63,866 bases of DNA, filler included, from 5 parts of 5 records of this genome joined end to end with filler, not necessarily neighbours in it, one strand, 5' to 3'; shown: positions 19,860 to 30,118, counted from the whole stretch's first letter. A program made the numbers and translations. Notes: generated by a model from the letters alone, not told the origin.

Positions 19860-19958
19860 CAATTACTGGAAGATAATGGCTTTGAAAATGTTTATCGTTT
19901 AGAAGGCAATTATGGAGCATGGGTAAATGCCGGATATAATGTTGAAACAGCCCCGTAG
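19860..19958 (+). CDS. 3' fragment of a rhodanese-like domain protein (truncated by contig start)
   Basis: Manual translation QLLEDNGFENVYRLEGNYGAWVNAGYNVETAP* resembles the rhodanese C-terminal GFxNVYxLxGxxxAW motif. Confidence 0.7.
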   Translation, partial: QLLEDNGFENVYRLEGNYGAWVNAGYNVETAP

Positions 19959-20017
19959 GCTTGGAGATACAGCTAGTGAATAAATAAATTATATAACATA
20001 TTAAAACAATGATATCG

Positions 20018-20542
20018 ATGAAAACAATAAGGCTAATACTGGTAATATTCTCTTTTTCTATGCTGGGTAGAGCACAAAAAAAAGCTGACTTCACTCTTCC
20101 TTCTGCAACCGATACCAGTCATTTTACGCTAAGTGAAGCTAAAGGGAAATTTGTAGCCTTGCACTTTCTTTTGAAAACCGAGTGTCCTTATTGCCTGCGT
20201 CATACACACGAATATTTCGAAAATGCAGCGGAGCTTCCTGATGTTTTACAGATTTTTATTAAACCTGATACAGAAGAAGATATTAAAGAATGGGCTATGA
20301 AAATATCTGACAGCAATACACTTAAATACCCAATATATAGAGACATTGATGCAGCTCTGGCCAGTCAATATCATATTCCTGATGGGTATGCCTTTCATGG
20401 ACAGACCGTACACTATCCCGCATTAATTTTACTTAATAAAGATGGGAAAGAAGTATTTCGTTATATCGGCAAAAACAATAGTGACCGATTTTCATTCGAA
20501 AAACTTGCAGCAAAAATCCATGAGATTAAACAAAACAAATAA
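20018..20542 (+). CDS. Exported thioredoxin-fold redoxin (AhpC/TSA-like)
   Basis: Signal peptide; DFTLPS; CPYC; PALILLNKDGK. Confidence 0.8.
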   Translation: MKTIRLILVIFSFSMLGRAQKKADFTLPSATDTSHFTLSEAKGKFVALHFLLKTECPYCLRHTHEYFENAAELPDVLQIFIKPDTEEDIKEWAMKISDSNTLKYPIYRDIDAALASQYHIPDGYAFHGQTVHYPALILLNKDGKEVFRYIGKNNSDRFSFEKLAAKIHEIKQNK

Positions 20543-20578
20543 AATGTAAGATGCAATATATTAGCTGATAAAAAAAGA

Positions 20579-20612
20579 AAACCTTTCCCGAAACGTTCTT
20601 CGGGAAAGGTTT
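20579..20612. terminator. Bidirectional terminator
   Basis: AAACCTTTCCCGAA...TTCGGGAAAGGTTT inverted repeat between convergent genes. Confidence 0.75.
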
Positions 20613-20662
20613 ATAGTGGAGATAGTAAATACATCTTCGTAAAGATGCTCTCTGGAAAACAA

Positions 20663-23191
20663 CTAATCCCACCTCACTTTAATATCCTTAAACACGGCCT
20701 TTTCTCCGCCATTATACATTATTCCAAAACCGCCAAACGAATTACCTTCAACCTCAACTTCCATTTGAAGCTTATTCACTGTTGCTCCATTCTTTTCTTT
20801 AGGTTGATATTCGGGATCCGAATTGGCATTAACAATTAGTTTGTTTCCTTTACTTACTATTTGAAGGTTAAATACAGGTCGGTAACAAGTAATTGAAACT
20901 AGCTCACTAATTGGGCTCACCTTTCCATTCTCATAACGTACAAAATAGGCATCCACTGCATTGTGGTATTTGGTCGTTCTGATTAAGCGTAAGCCATAAC
21001 CGGTCATGGTTTTAGCATCAAATTTTATCAGGATATCCATGTACAAATGTGCCATACTAAATCCTTGTCCTGCCGTTTTATACGGAGCAATCTGCAGGTT
21101 CAGTTCCATATCCGTGTAGTTGGCATCGAGAGCCGTATACAGCATAGCTGCACTTCTCACAGTAGGTATAGCACCCCAATGCCCTTTACCTCCATTATAG
21201 CCTGAACCATAAGTCCATGCATCTTTGTTTTTATCAGCAATTGTTTTGGTGGAACCTGTTACCGGATCAATATGTTTCCATATCCAAAAACCGGGTATCA
21301 CCTTCTCCTGATTACTTAAGGAAAGATTTTTAAAGGAAGTCTCCAGCACTTTAGCATCATCCTTAACCATAGCCTTGGTTATTCGTTGAGGGTAAACTAT
21401 AGAAACCGCTTCTCCCCTGTAGCTTCGAATATGACGAGGTGTAATTTTAGCCATCAGATAATAACCTACATCCTCACTCTTTAGCTTATATTGTGTCAAT
21501 GGCTTTTGCAGACGCGACACCGCCACCTCAATGGGATCGCTCCCCTTCTTATTTTTACACCTGTACCATACTATTTCCGACACATCGGTATATGAGGTGT
21601 TTAATACATACTGCAGTTGCAGACTTCCATTATGTTGCTTCGTTATTTTGGTTCTACCCTTCAAACTTGGTGCTTTAAGAATAGCCGGTGCAACCTTCAA
21701 TTCCACAACAGCTTCCAAACCCAACGGTGTATTGGCCTTAATAATAACTAAATGCGTACTATCCGATCTATTAATAGGAATAACTTTGCATTGTCCATTT
21801 GCAGTTACTTGTAGTCGCACATATTTCCGCCCCTCTCCTGCTACAATCCAATTCATTTGCTTTTGTGGATACAAAAAGTTTCCAAAGCGAAATGCCTCTG
21901 TTTTTAGTATTGCTGTATCTCTTCCTGTTTCAATAGAATGCTGCGATGCATTTATAACAAGTTTTACTGGTATTTGTGTGAGTGGAGTTTTTTCTTCCTT
22001 TTCAGCTTGCTGAACGATTTCTTTAATACCCATCGGATCCCAATCATCATTACCTTGCAACAGGTTATAAGTATTATAAACCACGGTATCATGCCAATTA
22101 AAACGATACGCATTTAACAGCTCTTTATCATACATATTCACTGTTAAATCTTCTTTAGCATTCTCAATTATAAAAGACTTATGGTTTAGTGATACCTGGT
22201 ACTGGTAATTACGAGTCGTATTTGCTGGCGTATTTTGCCAACCTATATAATCGCAAACCTTTGATGAAAAACGACTATCAACCACTGCTAATTGTCCTCC
22301 TGCCTTGGTAAAATATTGCTTTCCACCGGTTAAAGATTCTATATCACAATTCAAAAACACGGCCCCGGTTCCTGTGGTATGATAAAAAGGTTTAGAACTA
22401 TACCAGCCAAAGCTGCAGTTTAAATAAACTGCCGACCCACATAAAGCGTCGTCGGTGCATTCCAAATGGCAGTTATCAAATAATATTCGCTTAGCACCTA
22501 CAAAATTGCACAAATTTAGTCTACTGATAAAACGTGAATTCCGGGCTACAATTTTATCTCCATCACAAATAATTAATTGTGCCTGCACTATGGCCGAAGC
22601 TCTTTTGGTTCTGTTTAATTCCGGCTTTAGCGGGAAGTTCAAATCTACATTACAATAGTTTCCAAAGGTCACGTTTTCGGCATAAGTTCCATCCCCACTA
22701 ATATGAAACATGGTAAAGTTACCTTTTGCTCCTATGGTTTGCCCACGGTTACAAGCCAGCACTACATTTTCCGGATTTTTAGTCAATCCAATAAATGACA
22801 ACCACTCGCAATCTATCTCCATCCCGTATGGAATTCCTCCTTTTTTCGGCGTTCTTATTTCCGGATCATCCGGATTATCAATCCAATATACATAAGGCGC
22901 AATAAACAGTTGCATAGGTTCTTCTTCGGAACCATCCTGAATTTGCGCCATCGCACTTTGCATATCAGAAAACACAAAAGGAAACTGATCGCAATAGGCC
23001 TCACTTAAATTACCATCTATAAAAAAGGCTCTTTCAGAAAGTACAATCGTATCTCCTCCGTAAACAATAAATTTACTAAAGAAATGAATCGGATCATTTT
23101 TATCCAGACTGAAATATTCAGGTATAGATTGCGCATGCATGATAATTCCCATAAACAGAAACCACAGCACCCATATTAGTTTGCGTGACAT
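20663..23191 (-). CDS. Secreted pectin-methylesterase-like (beta-helix) carbohydrate-active protein
   Basis: Signal peptide; beta-helix-like AENVTFGN, VQAQL, CTDDAL and GAVFLNC; divergent from a pectate lyase. Confidence 0.55.
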   Translation of the reverse strand: MSRKLIWVLWFLFMGIIMHAQSIPEYFSLDKNDPIHFFSKFIVYGGDTIVLSERAFFIDGNLSEAYCDQFPFVFSDMQSAMAQIQDGSEEEPMQLFIAPYVYWIDNPDDPEIRTPKKGGIPYGMEIDCEWLSFIGLTKNPENVVLACNRGQTIGAKGNFTMFHISGDGTYAENVTFGNYCNVDLNFPLKPELNRTKRASAIVQAQLIICDGDKIVARNSRFISRLNLCNFVGAKRILFDNCHLECTDDALCGSAVYLNCSFGWYSSKPFYHTTGTGAVFLNCDIESLTGGKQYFTKAGGQLAVVDSRFSSKVCDYIGWQNTPANTTRNYQYQVSLNHKSFIIENAKEDLTVNMYDKELLNAYRFNWHDTVVYNTYNLLQGNDDWDPMGIKEIVQQAEKEEKTPLTQIPVKLVINASQHSIETGRDTAILKTEAFRFGNFLYPQKQMNWIVAGEGRKYVRLQVTANGQCKVIPINRSDSTHLVIIKANTPLGLEAVVELKVAPAILKAPSLKGRTKITKQHNGSLQLQYVLNTSYTDVSEIVWYRCKNKKGSDPIEVAVSRLQKPLTQYKLKSEDVGYYLMAKITPRHIRSYRGEAVSIVYPQRITKAMVKDDAKVLETSFKNLSLSNQEKVIPGFWIWKHIDPVTGSTKTIADKNKDAWTYGSGYNGGKGHWGAIPTVRSAAMLYTALDANYTDMELNLQIAPYKTAGQGFSMAHLYMDILIKFDAKTMTGYGLRLIRTTKYHNAVDAYFVRYENGKVSPISELVSITCYRPVFNLQIVSKGNKLIVNANSDPEYQPKEKNGATVNKLQMEVEVEGNSFGGFGIMYNGGEKAVFKDIKVRWD

Positions 23192-23357
23192 AGAAATTAG
23201 TTGTGATGCCAAAAATAAAGTTTATGTATTATAAACAAGAGGATATTTCGATTATTTGAGTAGGACAAATCGTTATAATCAATAAAATCGGGGTATTCAC
23301 ATATTATTGTTTACTATCTTTAATAACTCTTTATGCAAATAGATAAAACTAAAGACA

Positions 23358-24488
23358 ATGTTTCGAATAACCTTATTTGTGTTAATGATAGGCTTCATTG
23401 CTTGTCAACCTAAATCTCAGAAAAGCACCAACAACAAAACACCGATTCCCATTACGCTGGAAAAATTCAGAGATGGGATTCATCATTGGAAACTATTTGC
23501 AGATGATTTGAATTATGAACGTTATCCGGCAGATGATCTAGAAGCCATTGCGCAGAATTTCGTGAAATATCAGAATGAAGATGGAGGTTGGCCCAAGAAT
23601 ATGGACTGGTTAGCCAAGGTGAATATCGATTCTTTAAAAAGTACCCTGAGCGATCATGCTAAAAAAAGCACATTCGATAATGAGAACACCCATTCGCAAA
23701 TTGAGTTTTTAGCGAAGATGCATTATAACTCAGGTAACGAAACTTACCACAAGAGTGCGCTTAAAGGACTGGAATATATTCTGACTACCCAAAATGTCTC
23801 CGGTGGTTGGCGAGGTTGGGATGTGGATGGTATTACCTTTAACGATAAAGTAATGACCGGAATCATGGATCTGCTCTATGATATTCATACCCTTGAACCC
23901 CAATATTTATGGGTAACAGATAAGATGAGAAAACAGCTGGAAGATGCACGTCTGAAAGCGCTTGATGCAACCATAAAATGCCAGATTGTGGTAAATGGTG
24001 TTAAAACAGGATGGTGTCAACAACATAGTCACACAACTTATGAACCCATTCAGGCAAGAACTTACGAGTTGCCTTCTATCGCTTCCAAAGAAACATCTGA
24101 AGTAGTCAGACACTTAATGCGTTTAGCTAACGCAGATACTACGATTACCCATGCCATTAAGTATGCGGTAGAATGGCTGCAAAAATCGCAACTGCATAAT
24201 TTTAGAGTAGAAAAAATACCCGTACCTAAAGGAACTTATGAAGGTGTAAACCTGGAAATTGATAGGATTGTAGTGAAAGATTCAACTGCCAAACCTATCT
24301 GGGCCCGCTTTTACGAAATAGAAACCAACCGACCATTTATGTGTACGCGTGCCGGTAAAAAAGTATACTCACTAGCAGAAGTCAACCCTGAGCGAAGAGC
24401 CGGTTATGGCTGGTACGGCTATTGGCCTGAAAAACTTCTAAATAAAGAATATCCCGCTTGGCAGAAAAAAACAACTGATAGTCAGTAG
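23358..24488 (+). CDS. pelA: Pectate lyase, PL10 family (lipoprotein)
   Basis: QNEDGGWPKN, STFDN, ITFND, WCQQH...ARTYELPS, WARFYE, ERRAGYGWY; lipobox FIAC. Confidence 0.88.
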   Translation: MFRITLFVLMIGFIACQPKSQKSTNNKTPIPITLEKFRDGIHHWKLFADDLNYERYPADDLEAIAQNFVKYQNEDGGWPKNMDWLAKVNIDSLKSTLSDHAKKSTFDNENTHSQIEFLAKMHYNSGNETYHKSALKGLEYILTTQNVSGGWRGWDVDGITFNDKVMTGIMDLLYDIHTLEPQYLWVTDKMRKQLEDARLKALDATIKCQIVVNGVKTGWCQQHSHTTYEPIQARTYELPSIASKETSEVVRHLMRLANADTTITHAIKYAVEWLQKSQLHNFRVEKIPVPKGTYEGVNLEIDRIVVKDSTAKPIWARFYEIETNRPFMCTRAGKKVYSLAEVNPERRAGYGWYGYWPEKLLNKEYPAWQKKTTDSQ

Positions 24489-24637
24489 TCATTGGATGAT
24501 TGGTCAATGGTTAATTAGTCATTGGTTAATTGGTATATGCAGGTAGTTATTGTTTTCTGTGTAATCTCTAATCAACCATTGACTGTTCACTGATTACTGT
24601 TAACTGCTAACTGTTTATTGTTAACTGTACTCTGAAC
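24487..24637. repeat. Short tandem heptamer/octamer intergenic repeats
   Basis: GTCATTG-like units at 24487-24535; eight ACTGNNN units at 24582-24637. Confidence 0.7.
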
Positions 24638-24715
24638 CTCATTTTATTTATCAACGACTGTTATTCCCTATTAACTTTTTCGTATTTTGCCTAGGTTCTT
24701 TAAAACTATAGGGCG

Positions 24716-25291
24716 ATGTTGTTAGTAATTGATAACCAAAGTGCTTTCATTAAAAAATTTAAACGTCAGTACCTGTCGGAACAGGACTTTGACTATGTTT
24801 TCTTTGATCATAACCAGCCCATAACTCTTTCAGCTAAAGCTGAGATTAAAGGAATCATCCTGTCGGGAGGTAAAGGAAACCCTTACGAACCGCTTAATTT
24901 AACAACCAACTACGTGGCTTTAATGAACTTTGATGTTCCTGTGTTGGGCTTTTGCCTTGGGCACGAAATTATTGGAGTTAGTTACAGAGCTCGTATTAAA
25001 AAGTGCGCTAAATACCACAGTAAAAAGGAAACCATTACCATTACCAAACCGGAAGACCCCATTTTTAAAGGACTCAATAAGACCGAAGTTGATTTGGTGA
25101 AACGACATTCCTTCTACATTACTGAATTACCTGATTGCATGGAAAGTCTGGCAACTTCTGATACTTGCAGCACCGAAATTATCCGACACAAAGAAAAGCC
25201 TATATATGGTTTTCAATCTCACCCCGAAGTAAGCGGTAAAGATGGATTGTTGATGGTAGAGAATTTTTTAAAACTTTGTAATATTATTTAA
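24716..25291 (+). CDS. Stand-alone class I glutamine amidotransferase
   Basis: LVIDN, GIILSGG, nucleophile GFCLGHE, FQSHPE triad. Confidence 0.88.
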   Translation: MLLVIDNQSAFIKKFKRQYLSEQDFDYVFFDHNQPITLSAKAEIKGIILSGGKGNPYEPLNLTTNYVALMNFDVPVLGFCLGHEIIGVSYRARIKKCAKYHSKKETITITKPEDPIFKGLNKTEVDLVKRHSFYITELPDCMESLATSDTCSTEIIRHKEKPIYGFQSHPEVSGKDGLLMVENFLKLCNII

Positions 25292-25292
25292 A

Positions 25293-26129
25293 ATGCAAAA
25301 TATAGACTGGCAATATTGGCTAAAAGTGGCTATTATAATCGTTGGAGCTTACATACTTACTTTTATCTTTCGTAAACTAATTGGTTTTTACATTAAAAGG
25401 CAATCGCATAAAATAGAGGTTGACCCAACTAATTTTTCGTTTCTGAAAAACTCTATTTCCTTTATTATATATATGATTGCGCTGTTTATCATTTTTGATA
25501 TCACCCCAACGCTAAGAAATTATACCAAAGCTATTTTTGCCGGTGCCGGAATATTGGCGGCTATTATTGGTTTCGCTTCTCAAAAAGCATTCAGCAATAT
25601 AATTGGCGGTATTTTTATCCTTATATTCAGACCTTTCAGGGTTAAGGACACGATTGAATTGGGTACCGGAAGCAAAGGAATTGTGGAAGAAATTACCCTT
25701 CGTCACACTATTATTCGTAATTATGAGAACCGCCGGATTATTATTCCCAATGCCATTATCAGCGATGAAACCATTGTGAATAGTAACCTCATAGATGAAC
25801 GTGTAAAAAAACATATTGAATTTGGCATTAGCTATGATTCAGATGTGGATTTAGCCAAACAGATCATTCGTGAAGAAGCAGAAAACCATCCTTTATGTCT
25901 GGATAACAGAAGTGAAGAAAATGTGCTTAACGGAGATCCTAAAGTTTTGGTAAGAGTCATATTATTAGGCGATTTTTCCATCAACTTAAGAGCATATGTT
26001 TGGGCTAAAAACAATGATGATGCCTTTGTAATTAGTTGCGATTTGAACGAATCCGTAAAAAAGAGATTCAATGCTTCCGGTATTGAAATCCCTTACCCTC
26101 ACCAGTCATTAATTATAAAAAACAAATAA
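25293..26129 (+). CDS. Small-conductance mechanosensitive channel (MscS family)
   Basis: AIIGFASQKAFSNIIGG, RPFRVKD, GIVEEITLRHT, IIIPNA, GIEIPYP. Confidence 0.9.
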   Translation: MQNIDWQYWLKVAIIIVGAYILTFIFRKLIGFYIKRQSHKIEVDPTNFSFLKNSISFIIYMIALFIIFDITPTLRNYTKAIFAGAGILAAIIGFASQKAFSNIIGGIFILIFRPFRVKDTIELGTGSKGIVEEITLRHTIIRNYENRRIIIPNAIISDETIVNSNLIDERVKKHIEFGISYDSDVDLAKQIIREEAENHPLCLDNRSEENVLNGDPKVLVRVILLGDFSINLRAYVWAKNNDDAFVISCDLNESVKKRFNASGIEIPYPHQSLIIKNK

Positions 26130-26156
26130 AACCTATTATTTTTTATGTGTTAAACA

Positions 26157-28313
26157 ATGAAAGTGGCACTTATTTTTAACAAAGATATTGATGGAGTTAT
26201 CAATACCTTTGGCATGCAAAACAAAGAGTTCTATAATGAAAAAACGGTTAAAAAAGTAGCACAAAGCCTTGAGAAAGCTGGACATAATGTTGCTGTATTA
26301 GATGGTAACAAACAGATTATAGAGCGACTGGAAAACTTTATGCCCCGCGTAAAGGAAGGTGAGCAAATGGGTATGGTATTTAACATGGCCTATGGCATTC
26401 AGGGCGAGAGCCGATACACTCATATTCCTTCTATGCTTGAAATGTTGGGATTGCCGTACGTAGGTTCCTCTCCCTCCGGTCACGCATTGGCACTGGATAA
26501 AGTACTTACCAAAATCATCTGGAAAAATAACCACTTGCCAACCCCTGATTTTTGGGTATTTAACTCACCCGATGAAGATGTGAGTACGGTAAAATACCCG
26601 GTGATTGTGAAACCCAAAATGGAAAGTGTTTCATTTGGTTTAAAGGTGGTGTATAATGATGATGATTTGCGTGAAGCCATTCATTTTATTGTTACCGAAT
26701 TTGATCAGCAAGCACTGGTTGAACAATTTATTCGAGGAAGAGAGTTTTGCGTTGGATTACTTGGTAACTCACAAGTAGAAACATTTCCGGTTTTGGAAAT
26801 TGACCTGGAAGGAGATCCGGATGCCATTCAGACTGTCGATGATAAAAAACATACGCCCAAAAGAAAGCTTTGCCCGGCACCCATATCAGCTGAGCTGGCT
26901 GAAAAAATGCAGCAAATAAGCATTGATGCGTTCAAAGCGTTGAACCTTCGCGATTTTGCTCGTGTAGATATTCGCCTGGACGAAAATGATAATATCTATT
27001 TACTCGAAATCAACTCTATGGCTAGTCTTGGCGAAACAGGTTCATACCCTACTGCTGCCAAAGTTGCCGGATACGATTTTGAAAAGTTGGTGAATCGCAT
27101 GCTCGATGTAGCTGCAGTTCGTTATTTTACCACCCCGCATGCACCTGCTGCCAAAGACGATCAGAAAGGCAATGTATATAAGGCATCGCGACTACGTACT
27201 TTCATTAAAACGAGACAACAACAAACTGAAAAGTTCCTGAAAAAACTGGTGGATGCCAATACGCATGTCCGTAATGTAGATGGTGTAAACTATTGTACAG
27301 AATTAATCAGTAGTGAATTAAGTCAGTTAGGTTTTACCCAGGAAATTTTCCCACAGCTTGAAGTGGGTAATATTGTATACTTTACTAATTCGTATAAAAA
27401 GAAACTGGACTACCTGATTTTATTATCGATTGATAATAAGATAAAACTCGCTAACCACGAAAATTACCTGGAACATGAACAATATCTGGAAGGAACAGGA
27501 ATCTGGGAAAATAAAGGTGGTATTGCCATTCTATTAAGTTCCCTACAAGCATTACGATTTTCACGTAACCTAAAAAAAGTAAAATTAGGTGTGCTCTTAG
27601 TTACGGATGCTTCAATCGATAGCAAATATTCTAAAGAAATTATTCACCAAAAATCATTGAATGCCCGCAAGGTTATTTCTTTAAGTGGATCATCGAAACA
27701 AGGTGGTTTAATTTTATCCCGTTCGGGAAATGCCTCGTACCGTTTTGAGATGAAACTGACCAACAAAAGCGCTTCTGAAAATGTAACACTAACGGCTCTA
27801 AATTTTAATAAAACGCTGGCATCCATTACCGACATTAGTCGAAACGATAGTAACAATATCATTGCACCTTACGATATGGAGTTTAAAAGCAATATTTTTA
27901 AACTCTATGCTCACGGTTATGCTGGTATAAGTATTCGTCATAATTCACCTGAAATACTCAGTGAGATTGAGGACAAGATCAAAAAAATAATGACGCAACA
28001 AAAGCGCAGCAAAATTTACCAAGTGCAAATTGAGGGCGGGCTTAAGCGACCTGCCATGTTAAAAACAGAAAATAACACCCTTCTTTATCAACAAATAAAA
28101 GAAATTGCCCGCAAAATAGATGTTCGCGTTTCCGAAGAGCACAGGTGGAGTTCTTCGGATATTTGCCACATTCAGGAAGATATGCCTAAAATAGATGGCA
28201 TGGGGCCTGTTGGCGAATACCTGCCATCCAACAACGAAAGGGTTATTCGACACAGCTTAATTGAAAGAGCATTGCTTCTATGTTTATTGTTTATAGAAGA
28301 TAAAAAAGAATAA
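26157..28313 (+). CDS. D-Ala-D-Ala-ligase-like ATP-grasp fused to a degenerate M20 peptidase-fold domain
   Basis: GLPYVGS, LDKVLTK, PVIVKP, VEQFIRGRE, ARVDIRL, LEINS; C-terminal half has LKKLVDANT, GIWENKGG, RPAM, SSD and IDGMGPVG of the M20 fold. Confidence 0.8.
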   Translation: MKVALIFNKDIDGVINTFGMQNKEFYNEKTVKKVAQSLEKAGHNVAVLDGNKQIIERLENFMPRVKEGEQMGMVFNMAYGIQGESRYTHIPSMLEMLGLPYVGSSPSGHALALDKVLTKIIWKNNHLPTPDFWVFNSPDEDVSTVKYPVIVKPKMESVSFGLKVVYNDDDLREAIHFIVTEFDQQALVEQFIRGREFCVGLLGNSQVETFPVLEIDLEGDPDAIQTVDDKKHTPKRKLCPAPISAELAEKMQQISIDAFKALNLRDFARVDIRLDENDNIYLLEINSMASLGETGSYPTAAKVAGYDFEKLVNRMLDVAAVRYFTTPHAPAAKDDQKGNVYKASRLRTFIKTRQQQTEKFLKKLVDANTHVRNVDGVNYCTELISSELSQLGFTQEIFPQLEVGNIVYFTNSYKKKLDYLILLSIDNKIKLANHENYLEHEQYLEGTGIWENKGGIAILLSSLQALRFSRNLKKVKLGVLLVTDASIDSKYSKEIIHQKSLNARKVISLSGSSKQGGLILSRSGNASYRFEMKLTNKSASENVTLTALNFNKTLASITDISRNDSNNIIAPYDMEFKSNIFKLYAHGYAGISIRHNSPEILSEIEDKIKKIMTQQKRSKIYQVQIEGGLKRPAMLKTENNTLLYQQIKEIARKIDVRVSEEHRWSSSDICHIQEDMPKIDGMGPVGEYLPSNNERVIRHSLIERALLLCLLFIEDKKE

Positions 28314-28419
28314 ATACACTCAAAAAATCATTGGGTAATGGTCTTTATAAGGGTTCATTGCTCAATGATGAATGGCTCCATACGAGTTAACTATCTTGGC
28401 TTTAGACATAAGTTATCCC

Positions 28420-28441
28420 CAAATGTCGTGCAAATGTCGTG
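28420..28441 (+). promoter_or_regulatory. Tandem 11-bp direct repeat, candidate operator
   Basis: CAAATGTCGTG twice, exact, 55 nt upstream of an XRE regulator. Confidence 0.45.
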
Positions 28442-28496
28442 AAGGTGTAGTTGTAAAGTTACCCTGATATAACAGACCTTTGATGAAAAAAGAAAT

Positions 28497-29036
28497 ATGG
28501 AAACAGGAAAACGAATTAAGGAACTCAGATTAAAAAAAGGAATGACTCAGGAAGAGTTGGCTTTAAAAACAGAAGTAAGTGCCAGAACCATTCAGCGAAT
28601 TGAAAATGGAGAAGTAGATCCTCGTGCCTATACGCTTCAAATGATTGCCAAAGCACTTGAAGTGGATTTTAGTTTGTTTGTAAATGAAGAAACGAATGAA
28701 ACCCAAAATCAAACTAGCCATTCTAATCATTGGTATGCCCTTTTACACTTAAGTGGATTATTACCTTTACTTTTTCCCACCTATATGATCTGGAATCAGA
28801 AAAAGCACAACACAAAAGAAGTCTCAAATCATTTTCGGGCTGCTATTTCTCTGCAACTTTGCATTATTGGTATTTGTCTTGCCGGTTTATGGATTTACTG
28901 GAAGGTAGATCAAATCACTCCGCTAATTGGCGGTTTATTAGCAGGCGGACTGCTGTCTGTAGTAAATGCCATCAATGTAATGAATGGTAAAACCTTTATT
29001 AATCCGTTTATTAAAGCTGAAGAAACAAATAAATAA
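28497..29036 (+). CDS. XRE-family HTH regulator with C-terminal membrane domain
   Basis: RIKELRLKKGMTQEELA...RTIQRIENG; three hydrophobic segments. Confidence 0.85.
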   Translation: METGKRIKELRLKKGMTQEELALKTEVSARTIQRIENGEVDPRAYTLQMIAKALEVDFSLFVNEETNETQNQTSHSNHWYALLHLSGLLPLLFPTYMIWNQKKHNTKEVSNHFRAAISLQLCIIGICLAGLWIYWKVDQITPLIGGLLAGGLLSVVNAINVMNGKTFINPFIKAEETNK

Positions 29037-29098
29037 ATTCAATAATATTATATTTAGTTGCTAAAAACAAAATCATCATTTAAAACCAACTCCTAATA

Positions 29099-30118
29099 AT
29101 GAAAATAAATTTAACCTTACTTAGCTTACTATTAGTACTAATGACTGCTTGCAATCCCAAAGTCAACCGGCCAATTCCAAATCATGGTCTATTTTGGAAG
29201 ATAAGTGGTAACGAACTTCAACAACCTTCTTATTTATTTGGCACTTACCACAGCATAGATGCCATGCAGATTCTGGATTCTCTTCCAAACATTGATTCTA
29301 TATTTAATGCAACAGATCAACTTATCTGCGAATCTGAGCTTTCAGCCAACTGGACTTATAAAAACAATAAAAAGGGCTCCAAAAAACCACAAAGTCTTTA
29401 TAAACCTTGGCCTGTAAAGGATTCTACTTATCAAAATCTATTAACTGAAGATCAGAAAATCATACTCGATTCTGTTTTAAATACTAACAAATTCTTATAT
29501 GATCTCAAAAACAATTATAATGTAAGACCTACTGCATTATTAAATATGTACAAATATGAAATGAACAAAACGAAAAAGAAGGACAGCCTATATAAACCAA
29601 ATTACAATCATATTCCAGATACATATTTTCAATATCTGGCAAAAGATCGCAATATTGAAATCATATCATTGGATTCTGTGGGTGCATTAAAAGCGATATC
29701 TGATTCTATTATAAAAATTACTCCTCAGTTAACGTATAGAGCTGAAGTGGAATCACTAATATACCAGATAGAGAATTACTCAAAAATAGATTCCTTAAAA
29801 GAAGTATCCTCAAAGATATTTCTCTCAGCCTATTTCAATCAGGATTTACAAAAACTGATTGAATTTTATCAAAATCCAAACTTATTTGCTTCTAATTGTT
29901 TAAGTACAGATACTGCTTGTGAAAAACTAAATGAGAACTTCAAACTAAAACAAAAACTCACCATTGATGGTCGTAATGCATACTGGATGCAACAAATTCC
30001 TTCTTTAATCCAAAATAAATCTTCTTTTATTGCAGTTGGCGCTGGTCATTTAGGTGGAAAAAAAGGTGTAATACACCAATTGCGACAATTGGGATATACT
30101 GTTGAGCGGATTAATTAA
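29099..30118 (+). CDS. TraB/GumN (Tiki-like) family lipoprotein
   Basis: Lipobox MTAC; LFWKISGN...SYLFGTYH; RNAYWM; FIAVGAGHL. Confidence 0.85.
   Translation: MKINLTLLSLLLVLMTACNPKVNRPIPNHGLFWKISGNELQQPSYLFGTYHSIDAMQILDSLPNIDSIFNATDQLICESELSANWTYKNNKKGSKKPQSLYKPWPVKDSTYQNLLTEDQKIILDSVLNTNKFLYDLKNNYNVRPTALLNMYKYEMNKTKKKDSLYKPNYNHIPDTYFQYLAKDRNIEIISLDSVGALKAISDSIIKITPQLTYRAEVESLIYQIENYSKIDSLKEVSSKIFLSAYFNQDLQKLIEFYQNPNLFASNCLSTDTACEKLNENFKLKQKLTIDGRNAYWMQQIPSLIQNKSSFIAVGAGHLGGKKGVIHQLRQLGYTVERIN

Noticed and set aside
19804-20094. ORF-track entry spanning the spacer
   Set aside because: It runs through N residues, and the plus strand here encodes the rhodanese tail and the redoxin.
26157-27150. 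Calling this gene ddl
   Set aside because: It lacks the N-terminal GGxSxEH motif of true D-Ala-D-Ala ligases, is fused to an M20 fold and has no mur context.
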